From Eledone cirrhosa (taxonomy: Eukaryota), in the NCBI GenBank assembly GCA_964016885.1, contig OZ024743.1, forward strand, positions 179,428,001 to 179,492,000: a stretch of 64,000 nucleotides of DNA, given 5' to 3'. Positions 15,451 through 28,904 of the stretch are shown here, piece after piece. The position numbers and the translations under genes were made by a program. A model generated the notes under the pieces. It made no database searches. It had not been told where the DNA came from and saw only the letters and a list, made by a program, of their open reading frames with translations. Each line of letters starts with the position of its first letter. The stretch's first letter is position 1.

Positions 15451-17557
15451 ATGGATTTATACGAACTGAATTACTCCCTGAAGAACATTCAAACTCCCTC
15501 CAACCATGTTTACCAAAAGCTCCTCCTACAAAAAGCGGAAGATGTCGTCAGACGTTAAGATAGCGAGCCCTAGCTTTGGACGGCAAAATTACAGGCACAA
15601 ACAACACCTTCAACCTGAAATCGAGAGCCTACCCTCCTAAGGTAACCGAACTTGCCCCTTTTGAGACGGACCTTCTTGACTTAGTCACTAACATTTCCTT
15701 TCTCAAACACACTAACACCTTTCAAACGAAACTCAGAAACTATATTAAGAAATTTAGGTCTTCTAATAACACCTTCGTCCTTTCCGACAAAACTAACAAT
15801 ATTTACGAAGTCGACAACACCACTTTCCGCCACCTGGCCCATAACGCTATTACTTCTAAATATAAGAAAGCTAAGCCTACGGCCTACCACGACATTAATA
15901 CAGAAGCCAAAGAACTCGCCAGCGACCTTAAGGTAGATAAGAAGCTACAAACTCTAGCTAAGCGAGAGGCGTTCCTCATCCTGAAAGATCACAAGGTAGA
16001 CTTTACTTCTAACCCCACATGCAGACTAATAAACCCGGCACGCACAGATATGGGTCTAGTCAGTAAGGCCATACTTAGAAACATAGTTAAGACCATTAGG
16101 ACCAAGTCCAACCTGCCCCAGTGGGAGAACAGCGACTCCGTAATTAAGTGGTTTAACTCCTTAAAATCCCAAAAAGCGAAGTTCACACAGTTTGACATAG
16201 TTGATTTATACCTGTCGATCTCAGAGACCCTGTTAAACAAAGCGTTGGACTTCGCTACCACTTATACCACCGTCGATGGTTTAGACAGGGAAATCATCGC
16301 TCACTGCCGGAAAATCATCCTCTTCAACGACGGAGTAGCCTGGGCAAAGAAGTCTACATCTTCAGACCTGTTCAACGTCTCCATGGGATCGTTTGACAGT
16401 GCTGACGAATGTGACTTGGTTGGCCTTTTTATCTTAGACATATTACGTGTTAGATACCCGGACTTCCACACGGGAATATATCGTGACGATGGACTGACTT
16501 TATCGAGCCATAAAAGTAGTCACGACCTCGACCGGTTTAAAAAAGACTTAGCTTCTACATTCAATGAGTTAGGCCTTAGGATAACAGTAGCCACCAACCT
16601 CTCTAGCGTGGATTTCTTAGACATTAATTTAGACCTTCGCACACACACCCACATACCCTTCCATGAGCTAAATGAGAAACTCAATTACATTCACAAGGAC
16701 TCATGCCACCCTCCCACTGTTTTTAGAAACTTCGTTAAGAATATCAGTACTAGAATCTCAAACCTCTCCTCTAATAAGGCTATCTTTGACAGGGTGGCAC
16801 CCTACTATAACACGGCGTTGGCTAACAGCGGCTTATCACAACCTATCACCTACTCTCCCACTAGCAACAACACCATTAAAACAAGTAAGCGCATCAATAG
16901 AAAACTATCTGGTTCTCTCCTCCCTTCTCACTCAACGTGAAAAACCAATGTAGGAAAAAGATTTCTAGCCCTCTTAGATAGACACTTCCCCATAGGTCAT
17001 AAATACCGGTCCATCTTTAACCGATACAAGTTAAGCTAGGATACTCCTGCGTTAGGAAGATGAAGGCCCACATCACCAACAGCCCTAGGAGCAACACCCC
17101 ACCAGGATGTTCTTGCCGTAAACCTGAAGTGTGCCCCCTTCAACAACAATGCAACACATCAGCTGTAATCTATGAAGCTGTGGTCAATTCCAACCGACCA
17201 AACGAACCACAGGAGGACAAATGCTATGTGGGCATGGCGGAGGGCCAATTCAAGGAGCGTTTCCTGAACCACCAGTCTACCTTCAGATACCCGGACAGAC
17301 GTTCATCCACGAGACTCGCGAGCCACGTATGGTCCCTCAACGACTCAAGTATAGGGTACTCCATTCAATGGAAAGCCATCACTAAGTCCACGCCATACGC
17401 AAGGGGAAATCCGACGTGTCACTTACGTACTGACGAACGAATAACTATCCTAAAGAGATTACGCAATAGTGATTGCCTAAACACGAGAAGTGAATTTTTC
17501 ACACGTTGTCCACACGTCACCAAACATCTATTGCATAACAACAAGGCTCCGGACTGA
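15451..17557 (+). pseudogene. PLE reverse transcriptase plus GIY-YIG endonuclease (frameshifted)
   Basis: ATG at 15451 starts MDLYELNYSLKNI. RT motifs are FDIVDLYLSI, MGSFDSA, IYRDDGL and VDFLDI. The linker is CSCRKPEVC and the EN is VIYEA...YVGMAE..FKERF..H. Frameshifts occur at ~15556, ~16900 and ~17030. Confidence 0.92.
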
Positions 17558-18044
17558 TTCTTTGTAATTTTATTTTTAATTTTTTTAATTTTATTTTCAA
17601 CCAAAAAACTTTCCGGACTTTCGCAGTTATTTCCCTTACACCCCCCGCACGGAGTCTACTATTGCCTGAGTGAAGTGACCGTGTTTCTGCGCATGCGCGT
17701 TCGTACGGTTGTCCTTCCTGTTCCTATAACCATACACATCCCGAGCTGAAGATCCGCGAAGGTGAAACAAATCTTCTCGGTATGGTGAACTAACTGTTGT
17801 GTAACCACTTCTATATATATATATATAGAATGATTAGGTATCGAGAGAGAGAAGAGAATGGAAAGATGGTCGATACATATATTTAGTTGCCAACAGTTTA
17901 TGCATGTGTGCTCAATACTCGTGCCTACAGGGTTAAATATTAGAGTCGTCAATATTTAGTGGGCGAGAAAAAATAAGCAGAGCGATTATAAAGGAAATGA
18001 ATACAAAGAGTTTAAAACCGTTAAAACATGTTTATATAATTGTT

Positions 18045-18085
18045 CACCTTCGTACGTTTCGCCCTGAGCGGGCTTATCAAGGGCA
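18045..18085 (-). ncRNA. Degenerate U3-A8 hammerhead at the end of an eroded PLE
   Basis: CCC-TTGATAA-GCCCgctcaGGGC-GAAACGTACG(A)AGG, with U16.1 mutated. Upstream minus-strand EHRPEL resembles a GIY-YIG C-terminus. Confidence 0.5.
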
Positions 18086-18509
18086 TGGAAAGCAAAATAA
18101 TGTTCAATATAGGACCCAGGAGAGAATTTACAGTTAAATTAATATCATCATTCATTTTCCTCTCTATGCATGTGTTTTTATTATCATAGAGCAGGGGGAG
18201 TAACTCTGGCCGGTGTTCAAGCAATCAGTCCCATGAGGATTTTAATGCATGTTCATATGCTGGTTTTTAGCATCTTTATGTTATGTGTGTTGTTTCACTA
18301 GTGCCAGTACAGGTCGGGTCTGGAGTGTCCATATATTATTTAGTGAATGTTGCTTCACTAATGTTTGTTCGAGTATGGTCTGCGGTGTACATTTGGTTCA
18401 CAGATGTTTATTCATACTGCGTGCCCACCGGGGTGTTATGGTTCGGACAGGAGGAACAAGTTCGTAGTTTTCAGGTCACAGAACAAACAACCAACCTGTA
18501 ACATGTAAA

Positions 18510-18847
18510 TAAACAAATAAATAAACGAATATAAACACACACAGACACCTGGATGTGGCGCATGCGCAGACTGAGCACACAACACACACACACACAGAGA
18601 AACAAGATGGCGTAGGACAGAACAAAGGAGAGGCACAAAAAAAAAGAAAAGCATCCCCAGTCACTGAAGAGGTCACATAATGTGTGACGAAAGAACTTTG
18701 ACAATATATAAACAACCATCTGGTTGTGGAACCAACCAACCAACCGGAAATTTATAAATTCCTAAATTTATAAATTTATTATATTAAATTGAAGTGAAAT
18801 AACTGGTGCGTGTGTTTCTTATTGGCAACATGACCCTCCCAAAGTAT

Positions 18848-18854
<7 letters not shown>
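18510..18854. mobile_element. MITE fragment (same family as 33097-33408)
   Basis: Right TIR is TTGGCAACATGACCCTCCCAAAGTATAACAATA. The interior is the reverse complement of 33130-33375. Confidence 0.65.
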
Positions 18855-18928
<74 letters not shown>

Positions 18929-19290
18929 ACATATATATATGTGTGTGTGTGTAGGTATGTATGTATATGATTCTATGTATGGGTGTGTGTGTGATAAGAT
19001 GTTTTCATCTGTAAGAATATATGTAAAGAGCTGTCTATATCAGAGTATGTGGTAAAAATGTATGCACCATTCAGCGTAAAATCTAAATTGATGCTATTGC
19101 ACTACCAATTGGTGAAGGAGCTTATCTTTTCTGCTTCTCTCTCCCTCTCCGTCTTTCTCTCTTTTTTCTGTCTCCCCCACGTTTCCTTCTCTCCACCTCC
19201 TTCTTTCTCTCACTCTACTTCCTTCCTTCTATCTCTTTTTTCTCTCTTCCTCTCCTTCCTTCATTCTCTCCTCCTCTACTTCATTCCTTC

Positions 19291-19393
<103 letters not shown>

Positions 19394-20011
19394 CTCTCTT
19401 TCTCTACGGGATGGTGAGATTCTGGTAAATTAAAGATAGCTTTGTAAAATTAGTGATGACGAAAGTGATGACTCTCGCTTTTTACAGTTTGCTAGACAAT
19501 ATCTGATCAAGTAAACAGATCTGTAATTAGCCAGGCAAAGGTATCGCCAAGCATGATGGTAGAACGTCCATAGCTTCCGTGAAATATTTCATTCACTAAG
19601 CATTAATGCAATTAATTTTGTTTAATTATATGTAGAAATCAATAAATCTAATCAATTGTTCAAAGGAAAAAAACATTAAGAAATATATATAAAGGTAGAG
19701 AGTAAGAACACAAAAATATTTAATTTAAATGTATTAAAGAAATATATATAAAGATAAAGAACACAACAACGATATTTTATCGAAATATATAAAAGATATT
19801 TTAAATTCTATATGTTTCGGAAACATTTATTTGAAATAAATGTTATGTATAATAATTTCAAACTGATTGTCTTTTTTTTTTCAAAAAATAGAAAGTACAA
19901 ACAGCTATGTTTATTTTGTGTGTGTGTCTATGTATGTGTGTATGTACGTACGTGTACATGTGTCTTTCTCCTATATTTATTTATTTATGTATATATATAT
20001 ATATTTATATA

Positions 20012-20105
<94 letters not shown>

Positions 20106-20167
20106 GAATTTTATTTTATTTCTCGTCCTAGCACAGCGCATACTTACGCACACAAACATATATATAC

Positions 20168-20245
<78 letters not shown>

Positions 20246-20252
20246 CTATTTC

Positions 20253-20370
<118 letters not shown>

Positions 20371-20788
20371 TCTATTTCTATATATATATATATATATACG
20401 TGTGTGAGTTTGCGTGTCTCTGTGTGAAATTAATTTTAATAACTTACTTTACATGTGTATTTATGTATGTGTGTGTCTCTACTACTATATATGTGTGTGG
20501 CTATATGAAGTTGAAAAGAAAGAAATGTACAATTAAGAACATATTTTACGATCAATAACTGCTTTCATTATTTTTAAAGAGCTCTCTAAAATTTCTGTTC
20601 TTTTTTCAAACAATGAAAATTATTTTCTTTTAAAAATCAATCATATAGGAAATAGACTGATTAAGACTCAAGTATTTTTGCAGCATATATCAAAGTTGAT
20701 AGGGATATGAATTAAATAGAAAATATATTCAGGAATAACGTTATTTCTTCTTCTTCTTCTTCTTCTTCTTCTTCTTCTTCTTCTTCTT

Positions 20789-20819
<31 letters not shown>

Positions 20820-21120
20820 ACGAAGCTTATACATACACTTTTCACGTTGGCTATATATATATATATATATATAATATAAAGAGTGGTGTGCTCACGTGCG
20901 GAGATGTGATAAAATAGCTCATAAATCAGGGTGAATTCCTTTTAGCCGGAAGAAAAAGTGTCTTTGTTGAAGATGATAGATGCGTGTAAGTGTGTATGTG
21001 ATTTTGCATTGACGTATATATAGAAAATGAAGTCTCTCGTTCCTCTTGCAATAAAAAGTTAGGAATTCAATATTTTTGAAAAATTAGCTTGTCAGGAATA
21101 TAGTAAATACTGGTTTCTGA

Positions 21121-21315
21121 TTTAGGCACATGTCCAACAATTTGCGGGAGGAGAAAATCGATTAAATCGACCCCAGTACGTTACTGTTACTTTATTATAA
21201 CGAGCCCATAAGGATGAAAGGCAAAGCAAAGCTCGACAGGATTTGAACTCAGGTCGTAAATGGGCGTAATTCTCTGCCATAAAGCATGCCCGATGCTTTA
21301 CTGACCCTGCCAATA
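21121..21315 (-). mobile_element. tRNA-derived SINE (degenerate)
   Basis: Reverse complement of GAGTTCAAATCC...CTTTGCCTTTCATCCTTA... Confidence 0.65.
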
Positions 21316-21548
21316 CACAGATGTTACAATAAAAATAAAGGGAACAGTTGCAGCTTAAACATTTTCGGTTGTGGGTATATCTTATTTAATTCCAGCTTCA
21401 TTGAAGTTCATCGATTAACACGTTTTTATTATATCTTCACTATATCCACATGCATACATATGTATGTATGTCTCTCTTTCTCTTAATTTCGACTACATTT
21501 TTGACCGACCACCTTCCTGGTGGCAAGGTTGTAAAAGAAAAGAAATTG

Positions 21549-21970
21549 TCATCCCTTTAATCGGAAGAATGTTTTATAAATGTTGAAGGTGCCAGATATC
21601 GCGGCCATTTGCAGTCTATGAATAAGGGAGCTGCGCTCTTTGCCCACAAATCCAAGTTCAGTCATAATTTGGTCCAAGCTGGCTGGTATATAACCTGTAG
21701 CTCCAATAATGATGGGTATGAAGCTGAAGGTGTATCTTGGATACTGGATCTGCAGACCCCTCGTCAATGGTCCGTAGATGTCCTCCTTCTCTTGTATTTT
21801 TGTTAAAACGTTGACATCAAATGGGCAGCTGATTTCTACAACAGAGCACATTTTCAATGAGTGGTCCCAAACAACAATATCAGGTCGGTTGTGCTTTAAT
21901 TCGATGGTAGTTTTTATTTTCAGGTTCCACCAGGATTCCTTAGTGCCATCTATCTCAACATATTCCATAT
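21549..21970 (-). pseudogene. RLE endonuclease 3' fragment of an R4/NeSL-type non-LTR element
   Basis: WWN...KHNRPDIVVWD...VVEISCPFD...KEDIY..L...PIIIGATG (PD-D/ExK-type). Confidence 0.8.
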
Positions 21971-21996
21971 GTTGTATATGTATGTATGTATGTATG

Positions 21997-22030
<34 letters not shown>

Positions 22031-22040
22031 TGTATGTCAT

Positions 22041-22648
22041 GTCAGGTCACCAGTTGGTGCTACTGGTAACATGTATCCCAGTACAACCTGTCTCATGGTC
22101 GGGTCATTGGTGACTAAACTGGCAACCCCACCAAGGTCTCTTGGCGAGGAGGGTGACTTTGGACATCCTGCAGGACTAAAAACAAAACCTGTCAAAGGGC
22201 AAAGGAGCTCTTAAGAGTCAATGGCCATCCAAAATCACCGGGAGAGATAACCCCTTAGCCTTTGTCAAGGCAGAATTCTAGGAGAAGGAAAACTCTGATA
22301 TAACACCTGCAACCCTGATGGTATCCAATGATGTTGACTTGTTCTTCTTTTTGGTAAATATCATCTTGGTTAAGAGAGTGGGACTGGCTTTGTGCAGTGC
22401 CTTTGCTCACTATAAAAGCTTCACAGCACAGGCATTGCTTTATATCTGGAGATCTCTCTGCACTTGTCGTCACATGGTACCATGGGCCCAGCACTATGTG
22501 TCAATAATTGTCACAAGTGCAGTGTTTGTACCAGAGTTTTCAAGTCGCTGGCTGGACTAAAAAGTCACACTCGTTCAGCGCATCAGTAGGGGTTCTCCTA
22601 CATGGATATGAAGTAGTGGTCGTACTCGAAAACGAGTTGGCAGCCACC
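22041..22648 (+). mobile_element. Bipartite non-autonomous RTE derivative in (TATG)n
   Basis: Structured 5' part with CTAGGAGAAGGAAAACTCTG, a C2H2 remnant (CSVCTRVFKSLAGLKSHTR), and a GGCAGCCACC(ATGT)n tail. A second copy lies at 24281-24862. Confidence 0.65.
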
Positions 22649-22697
22649 ATGTATGTATGTATGTATGTATGTATGTATGTATGTATGTATGTATGTA

Positions 22698-23345
22698 TAG
22701 AAGCTCTTGTGCTTAAGCAACGACTCCGTTGGAGTGGTCACCTTGCCAGGATGAAGGATTCTAGAATAACAAAACAAATGTTTTATGGAGAGTTAGTTAA
22801 AGGAAAACAACCGCCATATAAACCAAAAAGAGGTATAAGAATTCCTAAAAAGCCTCTTTGAAAGACGCTAACATCTCTGCTGATACATGGGAAAATATTG
22901 CTGCTGATCGTAATAAATGGAGAAAGACTGTATATGAGGGATAAGTTGCCTCTGAGGCATCTCGAATCGCATACGAGAAAGTAAAGCGGGATGTGAGGAA
23001 TGGCATTGCTGATGCACTTCCAGACGGCGAGGCTCCTCCTATGGTACTGATATGCAGCGTCTGTGCGCGACACTGCCTAAGCAAAGCTGGACTCGAAAGT
23101 CATCTTCGCAGTCATAAAGTAAGACCAGTGGTTGACTACCAGGCTGCTGTTGGAGATGCTACTCATCATGCTTACCAAGCATGTGGTAGAGAATGTAAAT
23201 CAGCAGGGGGGCTCAAACGACATGCAAAAGTACTTGAACTCCAACCACAGCCGGCTATTCCCAGTGAATGTTTTGGTTGCTGACTCTGTGCAAGACATTT
23301 CAGATCATTGGCTGGGCTAAAAAGCCACATTCGATCGCAGCGCTG
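22698..23345 (+). pseudogene. RTE(-BovB-like) LINE 3' fragment with C2H2 zinc fingers
   Basis: RLRWSGHLARMKDSRITKQMFYGEL..G...KPK, then CSVCARHCLSKAGLESHLRSH and ACGRECKSAGGLKRH. Confidence 0.8.
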
Positions 23346-23389
23346 TTAATTGCTATCGTGTGTGTGTATAGATATGTTTATGTGTGTGC

Positions 23390-23451
<62 letters not shown>

Positions 23452-23859
23452 TATTCTTGTTGTTGTTGTCGTTGTTATTATTATTGTTGTTATTATTATT
23501 ATTATTGTTATTAATATTTTTTTTCTCGTGCAATGGTCATACTCGATAACGAGGGGGCAGCCATCATCATGTATGTATGTATGTCGGGTCATTCTTTAGT
23601 GTTACTGGTAACATGTAACCCAATACAACCTGTCACATGGACGGGTTCGTCGGCAAATAAATTGGCAACGCCACCAAATTTAGTTGGTGAGAAGGGTGAT
23701 CTTGGACACGCTGCAAGACAAAAAACAAAACCTGACAAAGGGCTCAAGAGCTCATAAGAGTCAACGGCATATCCCAAAATGTGTAATTATGTATATACAT
23801 GTATGCATGCGTATATATGTATATATGTATATACATGTATGCATGTGTATGTATATGCG

Positions 23860-24208
23860 TGGTGACTTAGAAATAATCGGGCTGGATACCCGATCGCGCA
23901 GTTAAACCACTGGGACTGAAGGACCCCTAGCCTTTGTCAGGGCATTCTTCTAGGAGAAGGCAACTGAGGAAACTGGGATAACTCCAACATAAAATCTGCG
24001 GCTCAGTAGTTACCGATAATTTTTTTCTTTTCTGCTTTTCGGGTTATAGCTACTGTCGCTCAGAGAGTGGGATTGGCTCAGTGCACAGTCTTTCCTCATT
24101 TTAAAAAAGATTTTCACACATAGGCATTGCACGATAGAATTAATTAATAATAATTAATAATGGTATATCGTGCAATGGCCATACTCCATAACGAGGGGGC
24201 AGCCATCA
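23860..24208 (+). mobile_element. Second short RTE-derived family
   Basis: Shares TAGCCTTTGTCA.GGCA..TTCTAGGAGAAGG with the 22041 family and ends GAGGGGGCAGCCATC(ATGT)n. Confidence 0.55.
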
Positions 24209-24280
24209 TGTGTGTATGTATGTATGTATGTATGTATGTATGTATGTATGTATGTATGTATGTATGTATGTATGTATGCA

Positions 24281-24862
24281 TGGTAACATGTATCCCAGTA
24301 CAACCTGTCTCATGTTCGGGTCGTTGGCGACTAAACTGGCAACCCCACCAAGGTTTCTTGGCGAGGAGGGTGACTTTGGACATCCTGCAGGACTAAAAAC
24401 AAAACCTGTCAAAGGGCAAAGGAGCTCTTAAGAGTCAATGGCCATCCAAAATCACTGGGAGAGATGACCCCTTAGCCTTTGTCAAGGCAGAATTCTAGGA
24501 GAAGGAAAACTCTGATATAACACCTGCAACCCTGATGGTATCCAATGATGTTGACTTTTTCTTCTTTTTGGTAAATATCATCTTGGTTAAGAGAGTGGGA
24601 CTGGCTTTGTGCAGTGCCTTTGCTCACTATAAAAGCTTCACGGCACAGGCATTGCTTTATATCTGGAGATCTCTCTGCACTTGTCATCACATGGTACCAA
24701 AGGCAAAGCAATGTGTCAATAATTGTCACAAGTGTAGTGTTTGTACCAGAGTTTTCAAGTCGCTGGCTGGACTAAAAAGTCACACTCGTTCAGCGCATCG
24801 GTAGGGGTTCTCCTACATGGATATAAAGTAGTGGTCGTACTCGAAAACGAGTTGGCAGCCAC
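24281..24862 (+). mobile_element. Bipartite non-autonomous RTE derivative (copy 2)
   Basis: Near-identical to 22064-22648 and flanked by (TATG)n. Confidence 0.7.
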
Positions 24863-26757
24863 TATGTATGTATGTATGTATGTATGTATGTATGTATGTA
24901 TGTATGTATGTATGTATGTATGCATGCATGCATGCATGTATGTATGTATGTATGTATGTATGTATGTATGTATAACCAACCGGCTTCTGTTTATTCCTCA
25001 TCTCTGAAATTCTACTCAATCATCATTGATCAATATGAGGCTATGATTGAGATCACTCATTCAATCTGCTACTCCATCAATTCGAACCATAAATTGTATC
25101 GCTACGAAATGATAAATTCGAGTACACTTAAATCCATATGCGTTAATATCAAGGGGTGTGCAACATATTCCATTGGCGGGCCATGTTTGAACATTGGAAC
25201 AACTATTAGAGCCATTAATATTTATTAAGCAATATTCCAAAGATTCACCACACTTCTTTCCATAACATGGAAGTGGGAAATTATAACACACATAAACCTA
25301 TCAGTGAAGCCCATTAGTATTGGTCAACTAACAGAAAATTGTATTACGGTTACGAAAAAAATTCTAAATAAGCCTACAAGGTAAAAATTAAAAACGGTCA
25401 TCGCGGGCCACTCTGACTGGTCTGGCGGGCCGGACTTTGGTGGGCTGGCCGCCTGCTGTACGCCTCTGAACTATAACAATAGTGAATCTGTATATATTTA
25501 TATACTTATATATTTGACCACCGCCACTCACTGAACAAGACATTCTGTTAGTGTTCGTGTGTTAATATCACTTGTATGAGTTTATATTTGTGTGAATATA
25601 GTTATACTTATTTGTGAGTATGTGTGAGAGTATGCGTGCGTTTGTGTGAATGTATTTATACTTCTGTGAGTATATATGTGTTTGTGCATATAAATGTATA
25701 CATATGCACACCAAGATATTATCTTGGTTATATATGTTAGTTGCGGATAGCTTTTTCCAGAAAAATTATAATAAAAAAATTATTAAACTAAAACCTTTGT
25801 TTTATACCTTTTTTATATAAAAAATACTACGATTAGCCGCGATTCTTTACGGCACGGGGCCAGCTAGTTTTAAATAAATACTGCGTGGTCATCAAATTAC
25901 CCATTTAGCAGTACAATATTCATAATAAGAAGAACAGTGATATATTACAGATGAGAACAAAGTAGATCTGACCTTTGAAAAATAAGTATCTCGACTATAC
26001 AAGACAAGATTTCTTGACACATTACGGATCATTGGTCTCAAGAGTTTGATCAGATCAATTGTTATAAAATAAGTAATGTAACGTCTTCTGTTCTACAAAT
26101 ATATAAAGTGAAGGGAAACTATTACCTGCTTTTTTGTCGTTACCTTTCTAAATCGGGTTCATATATTTGGAGACAGTTGCTTCTGACAGGGCCAGCTGGA
26201 ATGAGTGTTTGAGGACCCTGCCCCAACGACTCTCTCAGCAATAAGTATGTGAAGATGGACGTGGTGGAGGAAAAGAAAGGAGAAAGACAGGGAAAAGGGA
26301 GAAGAAGAAGAAGAAGAAGAAGAGATCATATCTCGATGCTACAAACAAGAAGTGGTAATATAAGTAGTTGTTATGGAAAGTTTCTCTCACACAGAACAAA
26401 TCTAAATAAAAGCCAGAGAAACAATGGAGATGTTATGAAAAGAAATGAACACAAAACATAATGCAATAATAACAAAATATATGTAATAGTAAATAAATAA
26501 AACATAGACGTTAAGAGAAAGATGAAAAAAGAAGAAATAAGAGAGAGAGGGGTGGGTGTGAGTATTTTAAGAAGAAGTGGAAAGGTGATTAGTTGAATAT
26601 TATCAATAACCACTCATAAATATAAAGTAATCAATGTATAATTAAATAAATAAACGAGCAAATTAAATGAATATGTAAAAGGTATAACATGAAATATAGG
26701 TTGATTATATAAACAGAACTACAATGAATAGAGAACAGAAAAAACACACACATAACC

Positions 26758-26814
<57 letters not shown>

Positions 26815-27064
26815 TAAAATGAAGAATTAGAAATAGGACTATCTATCATCAGCGGTCTACTAACCATCATAGGTATTTCTACGCATTAAAGACCAGATAC
26901 CTCAGGCTAGAGCGAACAATAACTAAAATAAGTTATTGGGATAAAAAGAATTGGGTGGAGAATGAGAGACAGGTAAACAAACGTGAATGGTGAGGCAACG
27001 TAAAGAGAGGAAAAAATGAGAAAATCAAGTCAATGATTCATTTGAACAAAAGAACTTGAGAATA

Positions 27065-28270
27065 TTGATGTATACGTACATACATATATGTATACAGACG
27101 TACAGTAGTATGTATATACATACATGCACACGTATATGTATGTACGTATGGTTTTACCGAACATTTATTATAATGCTAGATTTTTTTGTAAACAAACAGC
27201 CCGAATTATTAGCCGTACAGTGTTCGGCAACCATCGTTGCCCTTTTGTTCAACACTGAGAAAGGAACGATGAACTAGTTTCTAGCTTATTAGCTGTCATC
27301 AGCACCGTATACCTTCCTGTCATCGATTGAACGTTTGAAAGTATATACTTTCCTTATGCATATTAACGGCTGAGCAGCCTAATTTACATATCGAGTAAGT
27401 TAGTCGGCCGGGTGTACCGAAAACGATAAATGGAAAAAATGAAATTTCATTTCTCACTCTTGGTACGGCTGATACTTAAATGTAAGTATGTATACGTACA
27501 TTCATACATGTATACAGACGTACAGTAGTATGTATATACATACATACATTCACATATATATATGTACGTATGGGTTTACCGAACATTTATTATAATGCTC
27601 GGTTTGTTTGTAAACAACCAGCCCGAATTATTATCCGTACAGTGTTCGGCAACCATCGTTGCCCTTTTGTTCAACACTGACAAAGGAACGATGAACTAGT
27701 TTCTAGCTTATTAGCACCGTATACCTTTCTGTCAGTTAATTGAACGTACTAAGAGTGAGAAATACTTCTGTATGTACTTCTGTACATACTTCTGTACATA
27801 CATATATGTATGTACGTATACATACTTATATTTAAGTATCAGCCGTACTGAGAGTGAGAAACGAAATTTCATTTTTTCCATTTATCGTTTTCGGTACGCC
27901 GACTAACTCACTCGATATGCAAATTAGGCTGTTTAGCCGTTAATATGCATAAGGAAAGTATATACTTTCAAACGTTCAATCGACTGACAGGAAGGTATAC
28001 GGTGCTGATGACAGCTAATAGGCTAGAAACTACTTCATCGTCCCTTTGTCAGTGTTGAACAAAAAGGCAACGATGGTTGCTGAACACTGTACGGCTAATA
28101 ATTCGGGCTGTTTGTTTAGAAACAAACCGAGCATTATAATAAATGTTCGGTAAACCCATGCCTACATATATATGTACGTCTGTATACATATATGTATGTA
28201 CTTATACATACGTATATTTAAGTATCAGCCGTACTAAGAGTGAGAAATGAAATTTCATTTTCTCCATTTA
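27065..28270. mobile_element. Non-coding ~420-bp HHR unit in tandem plus inverted arrangement (retrozyme-like)
   Basis: Two minus-strand units have HHRs at 27266-27308 and 27688-27720 (the second has a core deletion; spacing 422). An inverted unit follows with an HHR at 27999-28041 and ends at (TA)n. Confidence 0.8.
27266..27308 (-). ncRNA. Minimal type I hammerhead
   Basis: ACGGTG-CTGATGA-cAGCtaataaGCTa-GAAACTAGT-T-CATCGT, with palindromic stem III ACTAGT. Confidence 0.8.
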
Positions 28271-28300
28271 TATATATATATATATATATATATATGATTA

Positions 28301-28665
28301 TATTGCTATAATTGGGGGAGGGGGTCATATTGTTGTAATCATATTGCCAGGAATAATAACAGAACACACTCACTGTTTGGTTGGTTTTCGCTTCTGTATC
28401 TTTTATATCTCCTCAGTTAATTCATTTGGTCCTCAATGTTTATCATTGACTGACCAACGGTAAAAAATACAGATATAATATAGATATAAACACATATATA
28501 TATATATATAGTTAAACAAAGTTCTTTCGTTGCACACCTGCAACATCATCAATGGTACTATTCTGTTCCTCCTGTTGTATTGTATGTCTACGCCATTGTT
28601 ATTACGCTGTTATTATTTCTGGCAATATTATTACTACAATATGACTCTCCCCAAGTATAACAATA
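28301..28665. mobile_element. MITE with ~60-bp TIRs (related to the 33097 family)
   Basis: TATTGCTATAATTGGGGGAGGGGGTCATATTG...ATATTGCCAGGAATAATAACAG / CTGTTATTATTTCTGGCAATAT...CAATATGACTCTCCCCAAGTATAACAATA. Confidence 0.65.
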
Positions 28666-28722
28666 TTTGTTTCGACACACGATTTCATATCAAAGACCTC
28701 GCAAAACAAATTCCTCGCCGTC

Positions 28723-28790
<68 letters not shown>

Positions 28791-28815
28791 AATTATATAT
28801 ATATATATATATGTA

Positions 28816-28884
<69 letters not shown>

Positions 28885-28904
28885 GTTTTGTATATGTATA
28901 ATAA

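Larger units (their letters stand above)
15021..17812 (+). mobile_element. Near full-length Penelope-like element (Hydra-like) with direct pseudo-LTRs
   Basis: The pLTR at 15021-15296 is repeated at 17605-17812, where it is cut by (TA)n. The pLTRs flank the RT+EN ORF and each carries an HHR. Confidence 0.92.

Noticed and set aside
25395-25870. GC-rich hAT-like end (~25400-25470) and Helitron-like hairpin-CTAG (~25835-25868)
   Set aside because: No partner terminus was found; short motifs alone are insufficient.
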